64,000 nucleotides of DNA from Escherichia phage VEc20. Under the pieces are notes generated by a model. That model worked only from the letters and a program-made list of their open reading frames with translations, searched no databases and was not told the DNA's origin. How positions within the stretch are numbered: position 1 is the stretch's first letter; each line of letters opens with the position of its first letter. The position numbers and the translations under genes were made by a program. Below are positions 48,184 through 56,986 of the stretch, in pieces. The stretch is taken from sequence record MN022785.1; one strand, 5' to 3'.

Positions 48184-49089
48184 TTAAGATTTAAGTAAAT
48201 CAACAATTTTAATTAACTTTTCACGCTCAGATTTAGCTTTACTACTCAATCCAGATAGTCTGAAAATTTCATCATCATATTGTTGAATAGAAATATTCAG
48301 CTCTTCAATCTGTTTATTAAAATAATCAATTTGTTCAGAATGTTTTTCGTTACTACGAACTGGTACAGGTTTTGTAGGCAATTTAGTTGAACTGGATTCA
48401 TCCGGGCGATAAATTAAAATACAATTTGAACCAATCGGGCATTTAGCACCAGACACATATTCTAGTGTTCCAGCTTCTTTTAAAACTTCAAAAGCTAAAC
48501 GGAGATGATGACCCATATTGACATAATCTGTAGAGTGAGCTCTGATATAATAATCATCTCCACGAGTACTAAATTTAAAGCATTTAAGGTCTTCTGTATT
48601 ATTAGTTTTAAAAATCATTTGTTTATCTAGACCTTTAGCTAATCGAGCACCTAATGCTAATAATCGTCGTTGATTTTCCCATAAATCCGCAATCATTTGA
48701 TCGAATGACAATTTCGGCATTAGTCGACCATAAAGGTCATATCCTTTATTATAATTGCGAAGAATTTCACTCGCGTTAATACGAGACAACGCTCCAATTT
48801 TATTAAGGGCTTTCATGATGCGATTAGATAAACTCATTCCAGACCCGTTTGTTCGCTGTAAATGTTTTTCTAATCCAAATCCAATATCAACTTTAAATTT
48901 ATCTAAAATTTTGGCATGAACATCTCTGTCAATAACATTCAAATCCAAAGTTGGGTTAAATCTATGAAAAAATTTATCTGGCTCTCCACGACGAAGTACA
49001 GTCCATTCATTCATCATTTTTTTATTAACTAAAGATTTAATTACTGCATTGACATTATTAATTACTACTGACATATTTTCCTCACTCAA
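48184..49089 (-). CDS. paralog-family protein with C-terminal coiled coil (member 4 of 4)
   Basis: 301 aa; motif RRLLALGARLAKGLDKQ. Confidence 0.5.
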   Translation of the reverse strand: MSEENMSVVINNVNAVIKSLVNKKMMNEWTVLRRGEPDKFFHRFNPTLDLNVIDRDVHAKILDKFKVDIGFGLEKHLQRTNGSGMSLSNRIMKALNKIGALSRINASEILRNYNKGYDLYGRLMPKLSFDQMIADLWENQRRLLALGARLAKGLDKQMIFKTNNTEDLKCFKFSTRGDDYYIRAHSTDYVNMGHHLRLAFEVLKEAGTLEYVSGAKCPIGSNCILIYRPDESSSTKLPTKPVPVRSNEKHSEQIDYFNKQIEELNISIQQYDDEIFRLSGLSSKAKSEREKLIKIVDLLKS

Positions 49090-49490
49090 TTTTCAATTTT
49101 ACTAAATACGCAGAATATAATGGAAAAGACTATATAAGCACCACACACAGATTGAACTAATACCATTCCAAAGAACCAAACAATATTATCAAACCATGTC
49201 TGTTTTACGTCGAAAGGACGTAAACTTACAGTAATATTATCACCTTTTTCTATTGAAGAATACATCTCCGGTGAAATATATTCGCTAAATCTATAACCGT
49301 CTTTGAGTTCATATACAGCAATAAACGATAAACTAGACCCCTTTCCTTGAGTTCCTGTAAGGGTATTAACTACAGTAACATCATAATCTTTATAATGCAT
49401 ATAATCATTAATAGCATAATAACCATATGCAACTACTACACATAAACAGCATATCAATAAATTCAATCTTTTAATTATCAACTGTTTCAT
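49086..49490 (-). CDS. membrane protein
   Basis: 134-aa ORF with N- and C-terminal transmembrane segments. Confidence 0.55.
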   Translation of the reverse strand: MKQLIIKRLNLLICCLCVVVAYGYYAINDYMHYKDYDVTVVNTLTGTQGKGSSLSFIAVYELKDGYRFSEYISPEMYSSIEKGDNITVSLRPFDVKQTWFDNIVWFFGMVLVQSVCGAYIVFSIIFCVFSKIEN

Positions 49491-49545
49491 AATAATCTCA
49501 ATTAAAAGGGCTTAGAACCATTATACCATCCTTGGTATAAAGCGG

Positions 49546-50073
49546 TTATGCGAGTACCGTCTTTAACCGTTCTTCAAACTTCCGAAGAGTATTCTGGCGT
49601 TCAGCTCTTTGCTTTTTGTAAGTTTCAATACGCTCTGAAATGAGAGTGTATCGTTCATTTACTGATTCTTTCATAAAATCAGGAATTTCACGAGAAGCTT
49701 TAATCTCATCAAATTTATCAATAACAGCTTGCTCTTCAGCAATTAAGTTATCATACATCAAAATATCTTTCTTGATGAACTCAATATCTTCTTGAGTTAC
49801 ACGAGATAACTTAGATGCTTTATCCTTTTTGTAATGTTCATTAGTATCACGAGACCAGTGTAATGTACGATTTTTATTCGTATTCTTGTAAATTTCTACA
49901 ATACCAATCTCATCGATAATAACGATCCAATTCCAACGGGATTTGTAAATTTGTCCTCCATCAACCGTGATTTCACCTCCGATTGAGATGTCATTAAAGA
50001 ACTTGCTTTGCGCTTCAGATTTAAATTTACCATCGTTGTAATTTACCAGGTTGAAAATATCTTTAGCGTTCAT
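49546..50073 (-). CDS. hypothetical protein
   Basis: ORF track 49546..50133 trimmed to MNAKDIF at 50073 with GGAGG RBS. Confidence 0.5.
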   Translation of the reverse strand: MNAKDIFNLVNYNDGKFKSEAQSKFFNDISIGGEITVDGGQIYKSRWNWIVIIDEIGIVEIYKNTNKNRTLHWSRDTNEHYKKDKASKLSRVTQEDIEFIKKDILMYDNLIAEEQAVIDKFDEIKASREIPDFMKESVNERYTLISERIETYKKQRAERQNTLRKFEERLKTVLA

Positions 50074-50101
50074 TTTGTGTTCCTCCGTAGTTGATAGTTG
50101 T

Positions 50102-50131
50102 ATAGTACCACAGAGGAACAGTCTTGTAAAC
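50102..50131 (-). promoter_or_regulatory. T4 early-type promoter (GTTTAC, 18 nt, TGGTACTAT)
   Basis: about 45-bp module near-identical to 24870-24915 and 52012-52058. Confidence 0.55.
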
Positions 50132-50133
50132 AA

Positions 50134-50448
50134 CTAAAAGAAACTTCTTTCACAATTTTTTCCACTAAACCATGCGCTAACCGCTTTCTTAGTCTCAGGA
50201 GCAGTGTTATCCATAAACCATTCAAAGGCAGCCTTTTTATGATTCTGGAGGGCTTCTCGGGCTTTAATCTGCTCACGGTCTATTAACACTAACATATGAG
50301 CCTTTCTTGTCACCAGGGGCTTCTTATGATTTTTTGAATACTCCCAATCATTTGTCCATCGCATCGTTGTTGCGAATTGAAGTACAGCTTCTTTAATCTT
50401 AGTTTCGTAAATTTCACGAGCCTTTGAGTATAACATCATTACCTCCAT
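50134..50448 (-). CDS. hypothetical protein
   Basis: 104-aa ORF. Confidence 0.5.
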   Translation of the reverse strand: MEVMMLYSKAREIYETKIKEAVLQFATTMRWTNDWEYSKNHKKPLVTRKAHMLVLIDREQIKAREALQNHKKAAFEWFMDNTAPETKKAVSAWFSGKNCERSFF

Positions 50449-50538
50449 TTACCAGTTTAATTCTAGTCATCTTTTTAATGGCAGTCCATATAATCTATTT
50501 CTGAACTGCCTTTTTGTCTTAGAAGTCCTCTTATGAAT

Positions 50539-51519
50539 TTATTTCAGAAGAGTAACCTCAGCGATTTCTTCCCAACCGTTTTTGTCGGTCATAATAAAGT
50601 CAGCAAGATAAAGAGCAGTACGCAGTGAAACATTACGTAAACGGTTAACATTGACTTTCATCCATGATAATGCTTTATAAGTTTCTTCATCAGAAAGACC
50701 GCGCTTTTGCATCATGTCGGTTGAAAGAATAACATCTTCAACCCTGACCATAATTTCTTCATTAGTGTGAACACCCAAATCTAAATAAACTGAGCGGGAC
50801 ACTAATGCTTGTAAATGTGGAGCAAGTTTAGTACCACGGTCTAATTCGCGGTCAATGTCAACGTTTGTGATAAAAACAATCGTTCCTTTAAATTCAAACT
50901 CACGCTCAATGCCTTTTTCTTCTAAGTAAGAAGATGCGGTGCTCCAGCAGACTTTGCGGGTCTCTCCGGTGTCCAGAGCAGCTTTCAGAAGATTAAGAAT
51001 GTCCATATCAGAGAAAACATCCACATCATCAATCAAAAGGACAGAATTCTCTTCACGATTATTCCAAAGCTGTTCATAAAGACCGATACCGGAGATTTTA
51101 CCGTTAATGCTTTTATATTCAATGTATCCATTATCATTTGCTTTATTCAAAGCTTTATCTAAAGAATACGTTTTACCAATACCCGCCGCACCAGAGATAA
51201 TTAATGAACGAATGTTTCCGTTAATAATACCATTCGTCATCATTCCCATAACATTAAATCTTTTATTAATGCGGGTTTTCATATCTTCATATGATTCTTT
51301 AACTTCTTCAACTTTTACACCATCATATGAAATGTCTGATTTGTAAACCCAAACACCGCGACGCTTACCGTCAATTTCAACAAAAACTTTACCATCTCCT
51401 TGTGCATCCACCGGAGCATTATCTGGGAACCATTCACCTAAGAGCTCAAAAGTTCCAGAGATTTCTTTACCAAAGTAGATACCCTTATTGATAGTTACAG
51501 TTTTCATTTTATTCTCCAA
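50539..51519 (-). CDS. P-loop AAA-type ATPase of unknown function
   Basis: 326-aa ORF; Walker A GAAGIGKT, Walker B VLLIDDVD. Confidence 0.65.
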   Translation of the reverse strand: MENKMKTVTINKGIYFGKEISGTFELLGEWFPDNAPVDAQGDGKVFVEIDGKRRGVWVYKSDISYDGVKVEEVKESYEDMKTRINKRFNVMGMMTNGIINGNIRSLIISGAAGIGKTYSLDKALNKANDNGYIEYKSINGKISGIGLYEQLWNNREENSVLLIDDVDVFSDMDILNLLKAALDTGETRKVCWSTASSYLEEKGIEREFEFKGTIVFITNVDIDRELDRGTKLAPHLQALVSRSVYLDLGVHTNEEIMVRVEDVILSTDMMQKRGLSDEETYKALSWMKVNVNRLRNVSLRTALYLADFIMTDKNGWEEIAEVTLLK

Positions 51520-51542
51520 TTTTACATTTGTTTTGATAGGGT

Positions 51543-51573
51543 AATAGTATCACACTACTACCCTGCTGTAAAC
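51543..51573 (-). promoter_or_regulatory. T4 early-type promoter upstream of AAA ATPase
   Basis: GTTTAC, 18 nt, TGATACTAT. Confidence 0.45.
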
Positions 51574-51576
51574 AAT

Positions 51577-51840
51577 TTATTTTAATGTTTGCCAAATTTT
51601 TACTGCTTCGCGACGAGATACTTCTACAGCTCCAAGTTCTACAGCTTTTTGGCGTCGCCGAGCGTGTAAGTCATAATGTTTAATGCGTTTATCTTGAAAC
51701 CAAGAACGTTTCATTCCTATTGCTTCTGCCATTTCGTGAAGCTCTTCAATATCTCCATCAGTGAACATATGACAATTTTTAGTTGGATGACCGCGAAGTT
51801 TCCATCCATGATTCATTAAAACATCTACGTAAACTGTCAT
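51577..51840 (-). CDS. hypothetical protein
   Basis: 87-aa ORF. Confidence 0.5.
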   Translation of the reverse strand: MTVYVDVLMNHGWKLRGHPTKNCHMFTDGDIEELHEMAEAIGMKRSWFQDKRIKHYDLHARRRQKAVELGAVEVSRREAVKIWQTLK

Positions 51841-51986
51841 TGATTCTTCTCCAAATAAGTTTCGATAATTTTCTGGGCGAGATAAACCGCGTTATCTTCA
51901 GTTGCGTCTTCTAAGAAACTTTCAAAACACTCTGAAATTTCTTCTGTATCAATCAACTTTTTTACTTCAATTGGTGTAATTTTCAT
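51837..51986 (-). CDS. hypothetical small acidic protein (49 aa)
   Basis: hand-translated MKITPIEVKKLIDTEEISECF...; ATGA overlap with next gene. Confidence 0.35.
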   Translation of the reverse strand: MKITPIEVKKLIDTEEISECFESFLEDATEDNAVYLAQKIIETYLEKNQ

Positions 51987-52020
51987 TTTGTTTTCCGTTT
52001 AAGTGTTTGTTTTGATAGTT

Positions 52021-52052
52021 GTATAGTACCATAAAGCTTTATGCTTGTAAAC
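52021..52052 (-). promoter_or_regulatory. T4 early-type promoter (GTTTAC, 18 nt, TGGTACTAT)
   Basis: promoter half of a promoter + stem-loop module. Confidence 0.5.
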
Positions 52053-52054
52053 AA

Positions 52055-52085
52055 CTTTGTGAAAAATTTTTGAAATAAAAAAGGG
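52055..52085. repeat. 31-bp exact direct repeat copy 1 (ctttgtgaaaaatttttgaaataaaaaaggg); copy 2 at 52675..52705
   Basis: identical 31-mers 620 bp apart, flanking ORF 52111..52611. Confidence 0.8.
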
Positions 52086-52106
52086 GACCTCTAGGGCCCC
52101 TTTTAT
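52085..52106 (-). terminator. stem-loop (aaaagggg ... ccccttttt)
   Basis: 8-bp stem with 10-nt loop, U-tract on both sides. Confidence 0.4.
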
Positions 52107-52110
52107 GCTT

Positions 52111-52611
52111 TTATTCCATTTCTATTATATGCATGCTCTTTTTGCTATCAAAATATATGTTTTTAACTGTTAACTCCGAATTAATTGGCAATAAAAACTC
52201 TCTTTCATAATCCACCATAGAAAGATTATCATAAAGCTTATTAAGCTTATCATCATCAATCTGGCCAGATTCTTCAATTGCGATTAAATTTTCTAAAATT
52301 TCAATCATAGCAGTTGAATAGTCAAAAACGTTTGCATTTTTTAACACTATTAAAACATTAGTCATATAGCGTTCTGCCGCAAATGTTTCAGCTATATGAG
52401 ATTCACTACTAAAGGAAGTTATTCTTTTAAATTTGATTCTCCTATTAACTTCAAACTTATAAGATAGTACTTCCTCTATTGTAAGTCCTCTAAAAAGCAC
52501 GTCTTTAATCTCAAGTTTGTCTTTAATGTAATCATTAACACGCTTATGATTAAAATCATTAATTTTGTTGCCAAGGCATTTCATTAAAATATGCATTGTG
52601 TTTCTCTTCAA
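52111..52611 (-). CDS. hypothetical protein in promoter/stem-loop cassette
   Basis: 166-aa ORF with own early promoter, flanked by hairpins and 31-bp direct repeats. Confidence 0.55.
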   Translation of the reverse strand: MKRNTMHILMKCLGNKINDFNHKRVNDYIKDKLEIKDVLFRGLTIEEVLSYKFEVNRRIKFKRITSFSSESHIAETFAAERYMTNVLIVLKNANVFDYSTAMIEILENLIAIEESGQIDDDKLNKLYDNLSMVDYEREFLLPINSELTVKNIYFDSKKSMHIIEME

Positions 52612-52643
52612 TTTTTAAAGAACAATTAATTAACTACAAATAT

Positions 52644-52673
52644 ATTATAATATGCTTTATGATAGAAGTAAAC
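52644..52673 (-). promoter_or_regulatory. T4 early-type promoter (GTTTAC, 17 nt, TTATAAT)
   Basis: upstream of ORF 52111..52611. Confidence 0.5.
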
Positions 52674-52674
52674 C

Positions 52675-52705
52675 ACTTTGTGAAAAATTTTTGAAATAAA
52701 AAAGG
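52675..52705. repeat. 31-bp exact direct repeat copy 2
   Basis: identical to 52055..52085. Confidence 0.8.
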
Positions 52706-52721
52706 GAGCCCGAAGGCTCCC
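52704..52721 (-). terminator. GC stem-loop (gggagcc-cgaa-ggctccc)
   Basis: perfect 7-bp stem, UUCG-type loop, after nucleotidyltransferase gene. Confidence 0.45.
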
Positions 52722-52723
52722 TA

Positions 52724-53737
52724 TCATTTATAATAACTTCGGTGGTTTTCAAGATAGACCTTCTCAAGGAAGTCATCCCAGAAACCCATGTCCACTTTTT
52801 GCTGCATACCGTTCTTAGAAGCTTCAGTAGATGCTGCTTCTACTTGATCGACCACATCTTCCAAAAACTCTTGAACGGTTTTAAATGGATGTTTACCCAA
52901 CTTCACGTCGAGAATAAATGGAGCGTCTTGAAGTGGATAAATCAAGTCGCCAGTTTTGTAAATTTCCAATAGTTGGAGTCCACCACGGCAAGCATGACTC
53001 AAAGCTTTCCAGTTAATACCTTCATTGGCTTCGGCCTTACGAGCACGTTCACCATATTCAGCATCTAATTTGTTCAGTGACTGCTTAAGCTCAATAAGAG
53101 AAAGAGTTGTCTGATATTTACGACCCAACACAGTGTAGAACGTTTGTGGACCTGTTTTCTCATGATTATGGAACACCCATTCACAGAATTCATTTTCTGG
53201 AAGACGATGCTTAATATCTTCAACTTTAGTGCGGCGCTGCTTAATAGAACCATCTTCTTGGTAATCAACCCATTGCTCGGGGATTTGATTAACTACTTTC
53301 AATACATCACGTAATGCAGCCAAACGAGAACCCTTAACGCCGTATTTAGAAGCTTGCTTACGGACATATCCTAAATATGATTTCATGTTAGTCGTATAAA
53401 AACGAGAACGATTGTCTTGAATAAACTTCCATACATCAGGCAAATCTGATTTAACCACTAGCTCAGGTGGAGTGTGAAGCATATCCAACGCTACAGTTTC
53501 ACCATCTGCTGCTAATTTAAAGAAATATTTAAGACTGTATAGTTCATGGTCAATATCATCTTTAGTGTTTTTAGATGATGTGTTGTTAGTGTTTTTACTC
53601 ATATGCTCTTTGACATTTCCGATAAGAATATCGCGAGCAGGAGGAACAAAGATTTCTTTAAAATCGACATCAGATTCTGGTGTAGAAGTTCCATAAAGAT
53701 GACTACCAAAATAACTTTTCATTACTGTTTTCATCAT
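52724..53737 (-). CDS. Pol-beta-superfamily nucleotidyltransferase of unknown function
   Basis: 337-aa ORF; N-terminal GSHLYGTSTPESDVDF fits GS-x(9-13)-DxD motif. Confidence 0.55.
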   Translation of the reverse strand: MMKTVMKSYFGSHLYGTSTPESDVDFKEIFVPPARDILIGNVKEHMSKNTNNTSSKNTKDDIDHELYSLKYFFKLAADGETVALDMLHTPPELVVKSDLPDVWKFIQDNRSRFYTTNMKSYLGYVRKQASKYGVKGSRLAALRDVLKVVNQIPEQWVDYQEDGSIKQRRTKVEDIKHRLPENEFCEWVFHNHEKTGPQTFYTVLGRKYQTTLSLIELKQSLNKLDAEYGERARKAEANEGINWKALSHACRGGLQLLEIYKTGDLIYPLQDAPFILDVKLGKHPFKTVQEFLEDVVDQVEAASTEASKNGMQQKVDMGFWDDFLEKVYLENHRSYYK

Positions 53738-54195
53738 TCAGCCTTATATTCAATAACAGGACACACTTTAGCTTTACGAGCTTTTAAAAATTCAACGATA
53801 ATCGATTTCTTGGGTTGAATAGGAGGTAAACCTTTATTTTTCCTATCAATGTTTTCTACGTGTAAAGCATAATCCTTTTTCCATTTATAATCTTTATATT
53901 TTTCACGCAAATGTACAGGAATAACAAATGAACCAATAATAAGTAAAACAAGCAAAATGGCAAGTATAAATGCTGATGGAAGCAAAGTCCATAAACTACC
54001 GAAAATAAGCCATCGTTGTAAGCTTTCTGCACAAATAATTGTTAGCCCTACGAGTATAGCACACCCAAAAATAGAAACGAAAAATGTAGGGATAACAATA
54101 GACCAAAAATATGCGCATAGTGTCTTAGGTCGTTGCCATTCATCGTTAAACAATTTGAATAATTTATAGTGCCAAGAGTTTTCATTAATAATCAT
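53734..54195 (-). CDS. integral membrane protein
   Basis: 153-aa ORF with about 3 transmembrane segments; ATGA overlap with nucleotidyltransferase. Confidence 0.55.
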   Translation of the reverse strand: MIINENSWHYKLFKLFNDEWQRPKTLCAYFWSIVIPTFFVSIFGCAILVGLTIICAESLQRWLIFGSLWTLLPSAFILAILLVLLIIGSFVIPVHLREKYKDYKWKKDYALHVENIDRKNKGLPPIQPKKSIIVEFLKARKAKVCPVIEYKAE

Positions 54196-54197
54196 AA

Positions 54198-54719
54198 CTA
54201 TCCTTTCATTGAAGGCGTAACAGTTGTTAAATACTTAATCATAGCTTCAGCTTCTGATTTTGATAGTGAAATTTCTCCATTGTTTTGACGAATAGAAATA
54301 AAATCCGGATGACGGTCACCACCAGCTTTTAAAACACACATATAAGTATCAGTTTCATCTTCAATATTTGAAATGATTGAAGCAGTTCCACATGAATGCG
54401 GTTTTTGATAAATCAATACAGCTTTTCTTCCGCCATTTGACTGTTCATAAACTTTTAATACATCAAACAAATCACTTCTTTTATCAATAGCTAAAATGTT
54501 ATTTTCATCTTCAATGTTAAATCCTTCGGATACTTCATAAAGTGTCACCCATAAATCGCCAATATCAATAACAGCGTTCACTTTTCCATGACTTTCAAGA
54601 GCATGACAAATTTTCTTGATTTCGTCATAACTCATTTTAATAATATCATCTCCTTGAATAAGAAAGATGTCATTTTTAAATTCAACACGAATTAAACCAC
54701 TTCCACTTGAAATAAACAT
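54198..54719 (-). CDS. hypothetical protein, tandem paralog A
   Basis: 173 aa; C-terminus SKSEAEAMIKYLTTVTPSM resembles next ORF. Confidence 0.5.
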   Translation of the reverse strand: MFISSGSGLIRVEFKNDIFLIQGDDIIKMSYDEIKKICHALESHGKVNAVIDIGDLWVTLYEVSEGFNIEDENNILAIDKRSDLFDVLKVYEQSNGGRKAVLIYQKPHSCGTASIISNIEDETDTYMCVLKAGGDRHPDFISIRQNNGEISLSKSEAEAMIKYLTTVTPSMKG

Positions 54720-54725
54720 ATTTCC

Positions 54726-55283
54726 TCACTTTGAAATCATAGTTGGAATGACAGAATCAAGATAAGTCTTTAGTGCAATAGCTTCGTCTTTGGTAAATGT
54801 GACAATATGTGATCGAAAATCGTCGATTTGGCGAATAGTTAAGACATCTCCCTCTTCATAACATTTTGATACATTTAAAAGAGTTTCATCATTCTGATTG
54901 CAAGAGTTAGTAATAATAGCATTGCAATTTTTGAGCCATTTTAAACTATGTTTTCTTTCATTAGAATAATAAAAATATTTAATCTTAGCTATAAAACTAT
55001 CCCAATGGATAACTGATAAACACATTGACTCACTTTTAATATTAAATCCTGGGCATGAAGAATAAAAATGAATTTTGTGCTCATCATTGATACTTACTAT
55101 TTTATCAGTATAAGGATATTCAATTTGGGTTAAATGAATGATTTCACTAGGCGTAAAATATAGCATATCGTCTTCTTGCGTCAAACGATACATGTTATTT
55201 ACTTTTTCTATAGCCAATTCACCAAAAAGCGGACTAACTTCTAATACTAATCGTTTCATATTGATTCTCTTCGACTCACTCAC
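54726..55283 (-). CDS. hypothetical protein, tandem paralog B
   Basis: 185 aa (GTG start in ORF track); C-terminus TKDEAIALKTYLDSVIPTM. Confidence 0.5.
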   Translation of the reverse strand: MSESKRINMKRLVLEVSPLFGELAIEKVNNMYRLTQEDDMLYFTPSEIIHLTQIEYPYTDKIVSINDEHKIHFYSSCPGFNIKSESMCLSVIHWDSFIAKIKYFYYSNERKHSLKWLKNCNAIITNSCNQNDETLLNVSKCYEEGDVLTIRQIDDFRSHIVTFTKDEAIALKTYLDSVIPTMISK

Positions 55284-55408
55284 AATTACATACTCCTTTG
55301 AATAATATCAATAATGTTGTTCACCAGATTATAAGTAAACATTGGGTAATTATATTGAATCATTACATACACAACAAACAAAACTTTCATTCTCTTCTCC
55401 TTGACAGT

Positions 55409-55448
55409 TGACAAGATTACTATACCATAACCTTGCCAACTTGTAAAC
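55409..55448 (-). promoter_or_regulatory. T4 early-type promoter (GTTTAC, 18 nt, TGGTATAGT)
   Basis: upstream of ORF 54726..55283. Confidence 0.45.
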
Positions 55449-55450
55449 CG

Positions 55451-55624
55451 TTAAATGTTGTTTTCAATAAAATTCTGAAGCTTTGTGTGAGCATCAACCA
55501 TGATTTTCATTTCTTCTTTGGCGAAAGCTGTACCTCTTTCCCGAGAAGAACACTCATAGTCAGAAACTGCATTAGCATATTCTTCAATTAGTTTCATTAA
55601 AAACATCTGCTTTTCAGTTTTCAT
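55451..55624 (-). CDS. small protein (57 aa), MKTEKQ paralog 1
   Basis: hand-translated MKTEKQMFLMKLIEEYANAV...; RBS GGTGGAACA. Confidence 0.35.
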   Translation of the reverse strand: MKTEKQMFLMKLIEEYANAVSDYECSSRERGTAFAKEEMKIMVDAHTKLQNFIENNI

Positions 55625-55808
55625 TGTTCCACCTAATCATTTCAAGATATTGAACTAACTTAGCTTTAGATTTATCCAAATCCTTTTTAGCTGCTTCTAT
55701 ACCATCGTATGAATATCCTTCACAATGCTCAACTGCTAATTGATATGAATCTATTTCAATATCACGTGCTAATTTAATGATTTTTTCAAACTGTTCGCGT
55801 GTTAGCAT
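55614..55808 (-). CDS. hypothetical protein
   Basis: 64-aa ORF. Confidence 0.5.
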   Translation of the reverse strand: MLTREQFEKIIKLARDIEIDSYQLAVEHCEGYSYDGIEAAKKDLDKSKAKLVQYLEMIRWNNEN

Positions 55809-55810
55809 AC

Positions 55811-56014
55811 TTACACTCTCGTATTATGATCGATAATTTCATCAAGAAACATATCTAACGCTTCTATAGCATTATCCACTTTAGTTTCAAAGTCTTTAAT
55901 GCCTTTATTCGAAATACCCGATGAATACCAAGCAAAGTCAATCAGCTCTTCATCTGCTTTGCGAATTGAAGCCACTAATTCCTTAATTTTATCCGCTTGC
56001 TTTTCAGTTTTCAT
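55811..56014 (-). CDS. small protein (67 aa), MKTEKQ paralog 2
   Basis: ORF track 55811..56050 trimmed to [12 protein letters not shown]; RBS GGTGGAATA. Confidence 0.4.
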   Translation of the reverse strand: MKTEKQADKIKELVASIRKADEELIDFAWYSSGISNKGIKDFETKVDNAIEALDMFLDEIIDHNTRV

Positions 56015-56202
56015 TATTCCACCACATATGAAAGAGAGAATATTGCACACGCCATGTGAGTTGCAACTTCATCACACATATTATAACGTTTCTTGAGAAG
56101 TTCTACAAGTTCTTCACTAGTAACTTCATCCATGTCGACGAAAAAATCACCATTAATGATGACGTAGATATTTCCTTCTTGATTAAGTGCTTCAATTTTC
56201 AT
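56014..56202 (-). CDS. hypothetical acidic protein
   Basis: ORF track 56014..56247 trimmed to ATG 56202 (GAGGAG RBS) because extension overlaps promoter. Confidence 0.45.
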
Positions 56203-56227
56203 GATGTTCTCCTCTTTATCCGATGGT

Positions 56228-56260
56228 TGTATAGTACCACAGCTCAAACGGAAAGTAAAC
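56228..56260 (-). promoter_or_regulatory. T4 early-type promoter (GTTTAC, 18 nt, TGGTACTAT)
   Basis: promoter half of a promoter + stem-loop module. Confidence 0.5.
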
Positions 56261-56275
56261 CGGTAAAATGAAAAA

Positions 56276-56293
56276 AGTCTCCCGAAGGAGACT
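56276..56293 (-). terminator. GC stem-loop (gtctcc-cgaa-ggagac)
   Basis: perfect stem, UUCG-type loop. Confidence 0.45.
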
Positions 56294-56297
56294 AATG

Positions 56298-56684
56298 TTA
56301 TTCGAGGGAAAGAAGATACTTACTCTGGTAAAACATTCCAGTAATATCATCTATCGTGCTTTGGATGGCTGGAGGCATTTCTTTATAAATGCTGTTAGAT
56401 TGGTCTAGTATACGATCAATCATTTTAATTGTGTCGGTAGGAAGTTTACTGGCATCTGGAATTGAAGGTGTGTATTTTCTACCAGAATACCCCAAATATT
56501 GCTCACCAAATTTATCAATCAAATCTGGCAACTCGGAGAAAATAAAATCGTATGCTTTGTGTCTAGCATAACTTTTAGTTTCAAAATGTGCAGAATGAAA
56601 ATAAGCTTGTGCAGCCATTAATAAACCTAAGTATTCATCTGCCTTTGAAGGTTTTCCACTTTGTGAAAAGTCGCTGAATTTCAT
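56298..56684 (-). CDS. hypothetical protein (rI.-1 position)
   Basis: 128-aa ORF. Confidence 0.55.
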
Positions 56685-56974
56685 TCAGTCTCCAATTTAA
56701 TGTTCATAATTCTAGCGTATGATTGTGCCATCTCCGCGCCTCGTTCTATACATTCAAAATCAGAAGAGCACGGGTCATTTTTATAGGTCGTTCTCATAAA
56801 ACTATAGAATTGTTCAGACGATTCTACGCTTTTATTTTCAAAAAGTGTATAAACGTGCCTAATACCAGATTCCATAAATTTATCAAAATGAGGATCGACA
56901 TTCGCTTCAATCGGTGGAGATAAAGCAAACGCTAATCCTAGCATGGCAAATAGTGCCGTTGCTTTTAAGGCCAT
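56681..56974 (-). CDS. rI: RI lysis-inhibition regulator (antiholin)
   Basis: 97-aa ORF with N-terminal signal-anchor; size and position match. Confidence 0.75.
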   Translation of the reverse strand: MALKATALFAMLGLAFALSPPIEANVDPHFDKFMESGIRHVYTLFENKSVESSEQFYSFMRTTYKNDPCSSDFECIERGAEMAQSYARIMNIKLETE

Positions 56975-56986
56975 AAAGGCCTCCTA

